DNA of 64,000 nt from Chryseobacterium gleum (lineage in GTDB: Bacteria > Bacteroidota > Bacteroidia > Flavobacteriales_D > Crocinitomicaceae): NCBI GenBank assembly GCA_945862165.1, contig CAMAXI010000008.1, forward strand, positions 34,570-98,569, given 5' to 3'. Shown in pieces: positions 40,368 to 49,000 of this stretch. Numbering within the stretch: the first letter of the stretch is position 1; each line of letters opens with the position of its first letter. The notes beneath the pieces were generated by a model, which was given only the letters and a program-made list of their open reading frames with translations, was not told the origin of the DNA and did no database searches. The translations under genes and the position numbers were made by a program.

Positions 40368-40655
40368 ATGAGTTCAAAAGAATGGCCACTTTGGGAGGTT
40401 TTTATTCGTAGTAAACAAGGTTTAAGTCATAAACATGTTGGTAGTCTTCGTGCTTCCGATGCACAAATGGCAATTGACAATGCACGCGATGTGTATACAC
40501 GCAGAAGTGAAGGAATTAGTATTTGGGTTATTGAATCAAAATTAGTTACAGCATCTGATCCGGATGAATCTGCGGAATTTTTTGAACCAGCAGAAAGTAA
40601 AATTTACAGACATCCTACGTTTTATAATGTTCCTGACGGAATTTCTCACATGTAA
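40368..40655 (+). CDS. paaB: 1,2-phenylacetyl-CoA epoxidase subunit B
   Basis: 95 aa. WPLWEVFIRSKQGLSHKHVGSL...ARDVYTRR matches PaaB. Confidence 0.9.
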   Translation: MSSKEWPLWEVFIRSKQGLSHKHVGSLRASDAQMAIDNARDVYTRRSEGISIWVIESKLVTASDPDESAEFFEPAESKIYRHPTFYNVPDGISHM

Positions 40656-40659
40656 GCAT

Positions 40660-41418
40660 ATGACAACTCAAGAAGCATTTTACAACTACATAGTTCGCCT
40701 AGGTGATGATAGTTTAATTTTAGGACAGCGTCTCTCGGAATGGTGTGGTCATGGTCCAGTTTTAGAAGAAGACATTGCATTAACTAATATAGCATTAGAT
40801 TTAATTGGTCAAACAAACAATCTATATGAACTAGCAGTTACCATTGAAAGCAAAGGGAAAAATATAGATCAGCTTGCTTTTTTACGTTTAGAAAAAGAAT
40901 ATACAAATGTCCTTTTAGTTGAACAACCTAATGTTGACTTTGGTTATACAATCGTTAGACAATTCTTTTTCGATGTGTATCGTAAACTCGTTTTCGAAGC
41001 ACTTTGTCATTCATCCGACGAAAAATTAGCTGGCATTGCAGAAAAGTCTTTAAAAGAAACGAAATACCACTTGAAACATTCTTCCGAATGGGTAATACGT
41101 TTAGGAGATGGGACGGAAGAATCGCATACCCGTGTACAAGAAGCTGTAAATACACTTTGGAAATTTACGCAAGAATTATTCTACCAAGATGAAGTAGATC
41201 AAAAAGTGATTGAACTCGGTTTAGGTATAGACAGTTCGGTTTTTAAAGAAGATTGGAATATTCATGTCCTTAATATCTTAACGGTAGCTACATTAACAAT
41301 CCCAACAAAAACTTGGCCTCTCGAAGGTGGTAGAAAAGGTACTCATACGGAACATTTTGGATATTTACTTTCTGAAATGCAATACATGCAACGTACTTAC
41401 CCAAACATGGAATGGTAA
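40660..41418 (+). CDS. paaC: 1,2-phenylacetyl-CoA epoxidase subunit C
   Basis: LGDDSLILGQRLSEWCGHGP.LEEDIAL.N.ALDL.GQ matches PaaC. The ATG at 40660 follows the paaB stop, so the track ORF is an upstream extension. Confidence 0.85.
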   Translation: MTTQEAFYNYIVRLGDDSLILGQRLSEWCGHGPVLEEDIALTNIALDLIGQTNNLYELAVTIESKGKNIDQLAFLRLEKEYTNVLLVEQPNVDFGYTIVRQFFFDVYRKLVFEALCHSSDEKLAGIAEKSLKETKYHLKHSSEWVIRLGDGTEESHTRVQEAVNTLWKFTQELFYQDEVDQKVIELGLGIDSSVFKEDWNIHVLNILTVATLTIPTKTWPLEGGRKGTHTEHFGYLLSEMQYMQRTYPNMEW

Positions 41419-41891
41419 CTAAGAATTACATTTGGGAGCAATTAGAACTAATTTCTGATCCAGAAATCCCAGTTTTAAGTATTGTAGATTTAGGGATTGT
41501 TCGTACTGTAAAATTAGCGCATGATTCATGCATTGTAACAATTACCCCAACCTATAGTGGATGTCCAGCCATGAATGTAATTCAAGACGATATCTTAAAA
41601 TTACTTACTCCTACTATCCATACAAAAGTTGAAATGACACTTTCGCCAGCTTGGACAACAGACTGGATGAGTGAGAATGGAAGAAATAAATTACGCGAAT
41701 ACGGGATTGCACCACCAGAACATGAAGTAGATAAAAGTGTACTGTTCGCAAAACCGACTGTCGTTCCTTGCCCGAAATGTACTAGCAGTCATACAAAAAT
41801 GATTAGTCAATTTGGTAGTACTGCTTGTAAGGCACACTACCAATGTTTAGATTGTTTAGAGCCTTTTGACTATTTTAAATGCTTGAAGTAA
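41412..41891 (+). CDS. paaD: Phenylacetate-CoA oxygenase subunit PaaD (PaaJ in some nomenclature)
   Basis: DPEIPVLSIVDLGIV...ITPTYSGCPA motif and a C-terminal CPKC...CLDC zinc-ribbon-like cysteines. Confidence 0.85.
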   Translation: MVTKNYIWEQLELISDPEIPVLSIVDLGIVRTVKLAHDSCIVTITPTYSGCPAMNVIQDDILKLLTPTIHTKVEMTLSPAWTTDWMSENGRNKLREYGIAPPEHEVDKSVLFAKPTVVPCPKCTSSHTKMISQFGSTACKAHYQCLDCLEPFDYFKCLK

Positions 41892-41892
41892 T

Positions 41893-42036
41893 TTAACACA
41901 AAGAAAAAAAGGTCACTGAGTACACAAAGTTTAATTAAATAACTTGCTTTATTCACAAAGTCGCTATGCTTAAAAGTTCAATTTAAATCTGAAAAATTGT
42001 GCACTTTGTGCATTATCTTTGAGTCCTTTGTGTTAA
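41893..42036. repeat. 144-bp word-array island with perfect 11-bp terminal inverted repeats (CACAAAG words)
   Basis: TTAACACAAAG at 41893-41903 and CTTTGTGTTAA at 42026-42036. CACAAAG at 41897, 41923 and 41954. CTTTGTG at 42004 and 42026. Inner palindrome TGCAC-TTT-GTGCA at 42000-42012. Confidence 0.7.
42014..42021 (+). promoter_or_regulatory. Bacteroidetes-type -7 promoter box (TATCTTTG) for recG
   Basis: Exact TAnnTTTG match 32 nt upstream of the ATG at 42053. It lies inside the word-array island. Confidence 0.4.
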
Positions 42037-42052
42037 CCAGAAAATAAATACT

Positions 42053-44149
42053 ATGTCTGAATTTCTACAAACTCCCATTGAATTCCTCAAAGGTGTTGGT
42101 CCACAACGTGCAGAAATCCTACGCAAAGAAATTAACATAAAAACATTTGGCGATTTATTGGATTACTACCCTTTTCGGTATGTAGATCGTTCTTATTACA
42201 ACAAAGTTTCAGAATTACCGCAATCCGAAGGGTTTGTTCAACTAACTGGAAAAATTATTCGCATTGAAGAAATTGGTTTAGGAAAACAACGTCGCTTGAA
42301 TGTCAAGTTTGAAGATAACACGGGTATCATCGATTTGGTTTGGTTTCAAGGTATTAAATGGGTAAAACCAACACTCATACTAAATGCTGTTTACCAAGTG
42401 TATGGCAAGCCGAAAATATTTAGCAACAACTATAGTATACCTCATCCAGAAATTATACCAATCCAACAAGCAGACCCAAGAAAAGGATTAAAAGCCATTT
42501 ATTCTTCCACCGAAAAATTAGCCGCAAAAGGATTGCATTCCAAAGGGATTGAAAAACTGACAAGCGCGTTGGTCATACAGCTGAACAATCACATTCCAGA
42601 GAATCTCTCTACTGAAATCATTAGAGAACTGCAACTACTTCCCCGTGAAACTGCTATCAAACAAATACATTACCCACAAAATATAGATCTTTCAGAAGCA
42701 GCAAAATATAGACTAAAATTTGAAGAGTTATTTTTTTTACAACTTGAATTATTACTCCGAAAACAAATTGCTTTACAAAAAAACAAAGGAAATGTGTTTG
42801 CTGAAGTAGGAAGTGTATTCCTAGATTTTTATGAGCATCACCTACCCTTTTCGCTAACGAATGCCCAAAAAAGAGTAATACGAGAGATTCGTCACGATAT
42901 CAAAAGTGGTCACCACATGAATCGCTTACTACAAGGAGATGTTGGTTCTGGCAAAACTTTAGTCGCCTTATTATGTATGCTAATGGCGGTCGGAAATGGC
43001 TACCAAGCAGCAATCATGGCGCCAACTGAAATTTTAGCACAACAACATTATGAAACGATTTCTGACTTAGTAAAAAACTTACCAATCAAGGTTCAAAAAC
43101 TGACAGGTTCGGTCAAGAAATCAGCACGAAAAGTAATACATCACGAATTAGAAAGCGGTGAAGCGCATATCTTGATTGGAACACATGCCTTATTAGAAGA
43201 TAATGTCAAATTCACCAAACTTGGATTAGTGGTCATCGATGAACAACATCGTTTTGGGGTAGCACAACGTTCCCGTTTATGGGGAAAAAGTGAAACTCCG
43301 CCACATATTTTAGTGATGACAGCAACTCCAATTCCTCGTACCTTAGCAATGACGGTCTATGGAGATTTGGATGTTTCGGTGATCGATGAATTACCACCCG
43401 GTAGAAAACCAATTACTACCGAACACCGTTTTGAAGGGGATCGTTCGCGCATTTTTGGTTTTATGCGGAATGAAATTGCGAAAGGCAGACAAGTGTATAT
43501 TGTTTTTCCTTTAATCAACGAATCAGAATCCTTGGATTACCATAATTTAATGGAGGGATATGATTCCGTAACTCGTGCATTTCCAAAACCTCAATACCAT
43601 GTGAGTATCGTTCATGGACAAATGAAACCCGAAGCCAAAGATTTTGAAATGCGCCAATTTATTGAAGGACATACACAAATTATGGTTGCTACTACCGTGA
43701 TCGAAGTAGGTGTCAATGTCCCCAATGCATCCATTATGATTATCGAAAGTGCGGAACGTTTTGGATTATCCCAATTACATCAATTACGCGGTCGTGTTGG
43801 TCGTGGCTCTGAAAAATCCTATTGCATCCTGATGACCAAGGACAAACTTTCCAAAGAAAGTAAAAAACGTATGGCGACAATGGTGCGAACGCAAGATGGT
43901 TTTGAAATTGCAGAAGTGGATCTAGAATTACGTGGTCCAGGCGATATAATGGGGACACAACAAAGTGGTATCCTCGATTTAAAAATTGCAGATTTAGTTA
44001 AAGACAATCACTTGGTGGTTACAGCGCGAGAAAAAGCACGAGAAATATTACAAAAAGACCCTAATTTAGAGTTACCAGAGAATAAAATTATTCGACATAA
44101 AATCATTTCGATTTTAAAAGAGAAACCAAATTGGAGTAAGATATCTTAA
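42053..44149 (+). CDS. recG: ATP-dependent DNA helicase RecG
   Basis: Wedge/OB N-terminal region. Helicase motifs GDVGSGKT, DEQHRFG, TATPIPR and QLHQLRGRVGRG. 698 aa. Confidence 0.9.
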   Translation: MSEFLQTPIEFLKGVGPQRAEILRKEINIKTFGDLLDYYPFRYVDRSYYNKVSELPQSEGFVQLTGKIIRIEEIGLGKQRRLNVKFEDNTGIIDLVWFQGIKWVKPTLILNAVYQVYGKPKIFSNNYSIPHPEIIPIQQADPRKGLKAIYSSTEKLAAKGLHSKGIEKLTSALVIQLNNHIPENLSTEIIRELQLLPRETAIKQIHYPQNIDLSEAAKYRLKFEELFFLQLELLLRKQIALQKNKGNVFAEVGSVFLDFYEHHLPFSLTNAQKRVIREIRHDIKSGHHMNRLLQGDVGSGKTLVALLCMLMAVGNGYQAAIMAPTEILAQQHYETISDLVKNLPIKVQKLTGSVKKSARKVIHHELESGEAHILIGTHALLEDNVKFTKLGLVVIDEQHRFGVAQRSRLWGKSETPPHILVMTATPIPRTLAMTVYGDLDVSVIDELPPGRKPITTEHRFEGDRSRIFGFMRNEIAKGRQVYIVFPLINESESLDYHNLMEGYDSVTRAFPKPQYHVSIVHGQMKPEAKDFEMRQFIEGHTQIMVATTVIEVGVNVPNASIMIIESAERFGLSQLHQLRGRVGRGSEKSYCILMTKDKLSKESKKRMATMVRTQDGFEIAEVDLELRGPGDIMGTQQSGILDLKIADLVKDNHLVVTAREKAREILQKDPNLELPENKIIRHKIISILKEKPNWSKIS

Positions 44150-44160
44150 AACCTTCTTAC

Positions 44161-44982
44161 TCAATTCAAATTAAACTTCAAAAAAGATATAAATTCATCC
44201 GCCCATTTTACGCGTTCATGTCCTCCTTTAAATTTTGTAATTGTACATTTAATATTTTTTTTACGCTTCAACTTTTTAATTGCAGAAAATTCATCATAGA
44301 TCTCTTTTGTTCCGTAAGAAAAGTAATAGTTCGATAAAAGTTTTGATGTGTCTTTTTTTGATAAATATTCGTTTATAGAATAAACACCCCCATACAAAGA
44401 AGGCAAAATATAGTTTCCAAATAAATTTGGTCTTTCAAAACCTAAGGCTAAACAAAAAGCAGCTCCATTGGAAAAACCATACATATAACGCTCCTCAAAA
44501 TTAGATGAAATACTGTGTTTTGCTTCCGTAAATTTCATTAATTCTTCAGTAAAAAACTTTAAATGTGCTTCATAAAGATTTTTATTATCAATCTGTTTAG
44601 AATTCGACCATGATTTTAAGTATTCATAATTACGATAGTCTAAAAAATCATTTTCAACTTTTTTTTCATTTGAAAAAACACAAACCATAATAAATGGTTT
44701 AATCATTTTATGTTCAATCAATGAATCAATAATGTTAAAATACAAACTATCTGACAAACTTTGTCCATCTGTTGTGTAAACAACAGGGTAAATGGTTTCC
44801 CTAGAGTATTTCTTCGGTAGGTAGACATAAAAACTTCTGTATTGTTCAAGATGCTTGCTATAAATACTATCTAATGTAACATTTTTGTTTTTGCTAAGTT
44901 GATGTAAATTAACTGATACATTTTGAGAAAAAAACGAAAACGAAAACAAAAATAAAAACAAAAATATAGTTAAAATCTTCAA
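44161..44982 (-). CDS. Secreted putative esterase (alpha/beta hydrolase, enterochelin-esterase-like), copy 1
   Basis: Signal peptide. YVYLPKKYS...YPVVYTTDGQ motif and GFSNG nucleophile elbow. Confidence 0.7.
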   Translation of the reverse strand: MKILTIFLFLFLFSFSFFSQNVSVNLHQLSKNKNVTLDSIYSKHLEQYRSFYVYLPKKYSRETIYPVVYTTDGQSLSDSLYFNIIDSLIEHKMIKPFIMVCVFSNEKKVENDFLDYRNYEYLKSWSNSKQIDNKNLYEAHLKFFTEELMKFTEAKHSISSNFEERYMYGFSNGAAFCLALGFERPNLFGNYILPSLYGGVYSINEYLSKKDTSKLLSNYYFSYGTKEIYDEFSAIKKLKRKKNIKCTITKFKGGHERVKWADEFISFLKFNLN

Positions 44983-45053
44983 TGTATAATATTAATAATG
45001 TGAATGTAATTATACTGATTTTTTTTAATAAAAAAGTTATTTTCAAAAACGCT

Positions 45054-45878
45054 TTAAGGTTTCAAGTTAATCTTTAAAATGGATAACAACTCATCTGCCC
45101 ATTTTTCAGGGTCATGCCCACCTTTAAATCGAGTAATAACACATTTAATATGTTTTTGGTACTCCAATTTTTTAATACTCGATATTTCATTATGTTCTTT
45201 TGTTCCGTAAGAAAAAAAATAAGTACCAGACAATATAATTGAGTTTTTTGAATTAATAAATTTATCAATATCATATTCTGAACTATACATTGATGGTAAA
45301 ATAATCTTTCCGAACAATTCTGGTTTTTCAAAACTTAAACTCAAGCAAAATGTCGCAGCATTTGAAAATCCGAATATGTATCGTTCATCAAATTTATTTG
45401 AAATACTATATTTTTCTTGTGTATATTTTATTAACTCTTGTGAATAAAACTTTAAATGTGCATTGTACAAATTTTTATTGTCTATTAGCTTCGAATATGA
45501 CATTGATTTCAAATATTCATAATTTCTATATTGTAAGTTGTCATTTTCAACTTTTTTTTCATTTGAAAAAACACAAATCATGATAAATGGTTTAATAATT
45601 TTATTTTTAATCAATGAATCCATACGATTAAAATAAAGACTATCCGTTAATAATTGACCATCTGTAGTATAAACAACTGGGTACTTAACTTTTTTAGAAT
45701 ATTTAGAAGGTAAGTAAACATAAAAACTTCTATATTGTTCTAGGTATTTACTGTAAATACTGTCCAAAACAATATGTTTATTTTTACTTACTGGATTAAC
45801 ATTAATTACTGAATTTTGAGAAAATGCCTTAAATGTTAAAAAAAGAATAATAATTGTAAAAATTTTCATTGTTTTCAT
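45054..45878 (-). CDS. Secreted putative esterase paralogue, copy 2
   Basis: Clearly similar by eye to copy 1 (I have no computed identity). The elbow reads GFSNA. The start is taken at MKTMKIF, where the signal peptide begins, rather than the 19-aa track extension. Confidence 0.7.
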   Translation of the reverse strand: MKTMKIFTIIILFLTFKAFSQNSVINVNPVSKNKHIVLDSIYSKYLEQYRSFYVYLPSKYSKKVKYPVVYTTDGQLLTDSLYFNRMDSLIKNKIIKPFIMICVFSNEKKVENDNLQYRNYEYLKSMSYSKLIDNKNLYNAHLKFYSQELIKYTQEKYSISNKFDERYIFGFSNAATFCLSLSFEKPELFGKIILPSMYSSEYDIDKFINSKNSIILSGTYFFSYGTKEHNEISSIKKLEYQKHIKCVITRFKGGHDPEKWADELLSILKINLKP

Positions 45879-45944
45879 ATATTGATATTGAACAAAATAA
45901 TAAAAATATAACATAATTATTTGAGAACTATTCAAAAAAAAAAA

Positions 45945-46114
45945 TTAGCGCAGAGAAATCTTGAGATTTTTTACATATTAGCGTTTTGGAGTTCGCAGAG
46001 ATTTATTTTTGACTTTGTCAAAAACAATTCAATTTTTTTTTTCTGCTAAAAGCAGAAATCTCTGCGTTCTCAACAATTGAGTCAATCTTGTCACAGTTCT
46101 CCTTATCCTCTGCG
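45945..46114. repeat. Word-array island (GCAGAGA / TCTCTGC words) containing a roughly 73-nt nested inverted-repeat structure
   Basis: GCAGAGA at 45950 and 45995. TCTCTGC at 46059 and CCTCTGC at 46107. Outer inverted repeat CGCAGAGATTT (45994-46004) / AAATCTCTGCG (46056-46066). Inner hairpins at 46006-46024 and 46041-46057. Confidence 0.7.
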
Positions 46115-46263
46115 AAAATATTCATGAAACTTTCTGCATTTAATGAACTTAGTGATCTAACTATTTTAAGTGTTATGTAAGAGTTAGTATTAAATTTCTG
46201 TAATAAAACCTCAATTGTTAATATACTTTTTAGAATAAAGCGGTTAGACTAAAACTTTCTTCC

Positions 46264-46271
46264 TAAATTTG
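46264..46271 (+). promoter_or_regulatory. Bacteroidetes-type -7 promoter box (TAAATTTG) for the DUF4290-murA pair
   Basis: Exact TAnnTTTG match 17 nt upstream of the ATG at 46288. Confidence 0.5.
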
Positions 46272-46287
46272 ACTTACAATAATCACT

Positions 46288-46929
46288 ATGGAATATAATA
46301 CACAACGTTCTCAGATGCTACTTCCGGAATACGGAAGAAATGTTCAAAACATGATTTCCCACGCAATGGAAATCGAAAATAAAGAAGAACGTAACAGCGC
46401 TGCGCAAGCAATCATCGAAGTAATGGGGCAATTAAACCCGCATTTACGTGACGAAGATGATTATAGACATAAATTATGGACACACCTTTTCATTATGTCT
46501 AAATTTCAGTTAGATGTAGATTCGCCTTACGAATTACCTAATCTGGAGATTTTATATGAAAAACCACAGAGAATTGCGTATCCAAATTCCAAAATTCGTT
46601 TTGGTCATTATGGTAAATACACCGAGAAAATCCTTCAAAAAACGATGGAAGAATCGGATGAAGATGCTAAAACGTATTTAAAAAATACAATGGCTAACTT
46701 CATGAAAAAACAATACTTAGCATATAATAATGATGCTGTTGAAAATAATGTGATTGCACAACACCTTACTGAAATAACAAATGGTGGATTGACCTTAGAA
46801 AACCCAGATATTTTGATGCATACCAATCAGATATTAAAAACAATGGGGATTCAACCAAATAGAAAGAAGCAAAACATACCTTCTAAAAACAACCAGAACA
46901 ATAAATTTAAGTTTAAGAAAAAATATTAA
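46288..46929 (+). CDS. DUF4290-like protein
   Basis: MEYNTQRSQMLLPEYGRNVQNM start and the conserved position directly upstream of murA in Bacteroidota, as I recall it. Confidence 0.6.
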   Translation: MEYNTQRSQMLLPEYGRNVQNMISHAMEIENKEERNSAAQAIIEVMGQLNPHLRDEDDYRHKLWTHLFIMSKFQLDVDSPYELPNLEILYEKPQRIAYPNSKIRFGHYGKYTEKILQKTMEESDEDAKTYLKNTMANFMKKQYLAYNNDAVENNVIAQHLTEITNGGLTLENPDILMHTNQILKTMGIQPNRKKQNIPSKNNQNNKFKFKKKY

Positions 46930-46932
46930 GTC

Positions 46933-48240
46933 ATGGCATCTTTCGAAATTCATGGTGGAAAACAACTAAAAGGTGAATTAACTCCACAAGGAGCAAAAAA
47001 CGAAGCACTGCAAATCTTGTGTGCTGTTTTATTAACGCCTGAAAAAATTACAATTTCAAATATTCCAGATATTATTGATGTCAATAAACTAATCGACTTA
47101 CTTCAAGTAATGGGAGTAAAAATCGAAAAGGTGGAAAAAGGAACCTACATTTTTCAAGCAAAAGAAATTGATTTACCATTTCTGGAAACAGCCGACTTCA
47201 AGAAGAGAGCTGCTGCTTTACGCGGATCAATTATGATTGTTGGACCATTATTAGCCCGTTTCGGCAAAGGTTTTATTCCAAAGCCAGGAGGGGATAAAAT
47301 AGGTCGTAGAAGATTAGATACACACTTCGAGGGATTCACGATGTTGGGTGCGAAATTTAATTACGATTTGAACGAACACTTTTACTCGATTGAAGCTGAA
47401 AAATTAACAGGTTCTTATATTCATTTGGACGAAGCATCTGTAACAGGAACTGCAAACGTATTAATGGCCGCAGTTCTTGCCGAAGGAAAAACGACCATAT
47501 ATAATGCTGCTTGCGAACCATACTTACAACAATTATGTAAAATGTTGAATAATATGGGGGCTAAAATTACCGGTATTGGTTCAAACATGTTACATATTGA
47601 AGGTGTTACGTCATTAAACGGTTGTTTTCACCGCATTTTGCCTGACATGATTGAAATTGGTAGTTTCATCGGATTAGCAGCTATGACTAAATCTGAAATT
47701 ACGATTAAAGATGTTAGTTATGACGATTTAGGGGTTATACCCAATGTCTTTCGAAAATTAGGAATTCATTTAGAACGTCGTGGTGATGATATTTTCATAC
47801 CATCACAGGATCATTATGAAATAGATACATTTATTGATGGTTCTATTTTAACGATAGCAGATGCACCTTGGCCAGGATTTACTCCTGACTTACTTTCCAT
47901 TGTACTAGTAGTTGCTACACAAGCAAAGGGAAGTGTTTTGATTCACCAAAAAATGTTTGAGTCACGATTATTCTTTGTTGATAAATTAATCGATATGGGA
48001 GCGCAAATCATTCTCTGCGATCCACATAGAGCAACTGTTATTGGTTTAAATAATCAACACACACTTAAAGGAATTACGATGTCATCTCCAGATATTCGTG
48101 CAGGTGTTTCCTTGTTAATTGCTGCATTATCTGCGAAAGGAAAAAGTATCATTGAAAACATTGAGCAAATCGATCGAGGTTATCAAGATATTGACTTACG
48201 TTTACGTAATTTAGGTGCGGATATTAGGCGTATTGGATAA
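46933..48240 (+). CDS. murA: UDP-N-acetylglucosamine 1-carboxyvinyltransferase
   Basis: GAKNEALQILCA, KPGGDKIGRRRLDTH (Asp in place of the catalytic Cys, a variant I recall from other MurA sequences) and a typical 435-aa length. Confidence 0.95.
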   Translation: MASFEIHGGKQLKGELTPQGAKNEALQILCAVLLTPEKITISNIPDIIDVNKLIDLLQVMGVKIEKVEKGTYIFQAKEIDLPFLETADFKKRAAALRGSIMIVGPLLARFGKGFIPKPGGDKIGRRRLDTHFEGFTMLGAKFNYDLNEHFYSIEAEKLTGSYIHLDEASVTGTANVLMAAVLAEGKTTIYNAACEPYLQQLCKMLNNMGAKITGIGSNMLHIEGVTSLNGCFHRILPDMIEIGSFIGLAAMTKSEITIKDVSYDDLGVIPNVFRKLGIHLERRGDDIFIPSQDHYEIDTFIDGSILTIADAPWPGFTPDLLSIVLVVATQAKGSVLIHQKMFESRLFFVDKLIDMGAQIILCDPHRATVIGLNNQHTLKGITMSSPDIRAGVSLLIAALSAKGKSIIENIEQIDRGYQDIDLRLRNLGADIRRIG

Positions 48241-48242
48241 TT

Positions 48243-48327
48243 AATGTGTAAATGAATTTAATGTAACAATGTGTAAATTGTTAAATTGACACATTATTTA
48301 ATTGGTACATTGAAAAATTGATACATT
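48243..48327. repeat. Word-array island (AATGTGTAAAT direct repeat, then three 16-bp-phased AATTGnnACATT units)
   Basis: AATGTGTAAAT at 48243 and 48268. AATTGACACATT at 48284, AATTGGTACATT at 48300 and AATTGATACATT at 48316. 48268-48278 pairs 10/11 with 48285-48295. Confidence 0.65.
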
Positions 48328-48408
48328 AACACACTAATATATGACATTTTGACAATTAAAATCAATTGGCAAACTCTTTGTAATAGATAAATCACAAAAG
48401 AAAATACT

Positions 48409-48993
48409 ATGTCTGAAGAAAAAGAATTAAACGAAGAAGTGAAAAACGAAACTGCTTCTGATACGCAAGATACAGCAACAGAAGAACAAGTACAAGAAAC
48501 AGTTGCGGAAGAAACTCAAACCGAAGAAACGGTTGAAGAAACAATTATTGAGCCTACTCCTGAAGAAAAATATGCTGAATTAAACGATAAATTTTTGCGT
48601 TTGTACTCTGAATTTGACAATTACAGAAAACGTACTAATAAGGAAAAATTAGAACTTATTTCAACTGCAAGTTCTGGTGTAATTAAAGATTTAGTAGCTG
48701 TTTTAGATGATTTCGAACGAGCAATTACCAATAACGAAACAGTCGAAGATACTTCTGCATTGAAAGAAGGATTCAATTTAATTCACAACAAATTAAAAGG
48801 GATATTAGAAACTAAAGGGTTAAAACCTATGATTTCTAAAGGAGAGGTATTTGACAGTGAATTACATGAGGCGATTGCTAACATTCCTGCTCCAACAGAG
48901 GATTTAAAAGGGAAAATTGTGGATGATGTAGAAAAAGGATATTATATCCATGACAAAGTTATACGTTACGCAAAAGTAGTTGTAGGTCAATAA
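48409..48993 (+). CDS. grpE: Nucleotide exchange factor GrpE
   Basis: Acidic N-terminus. [14 protein letters not shown] motif and a C-terminal beta domain. Followed by dnaJ. Confidence 0.9.
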   Translation: MSEEKELNEEVKNETASDTQDTATEEQVQETVAEETQTEETVEETIIEPTPEEKYAELNDKFLRLYSEFDNYRKRTNKEKLELISTASSGVIKDLVAVLDDFERAITNNETVEDTSALKEGFNLIHNKLKGILETKGLKPMISKGEVFDSELHEAIANIPAPTEDLKGKIVDDVEKGYYIHDKVIRYAKVVVGQ

Positions 48994-49000
48994 GATAATT

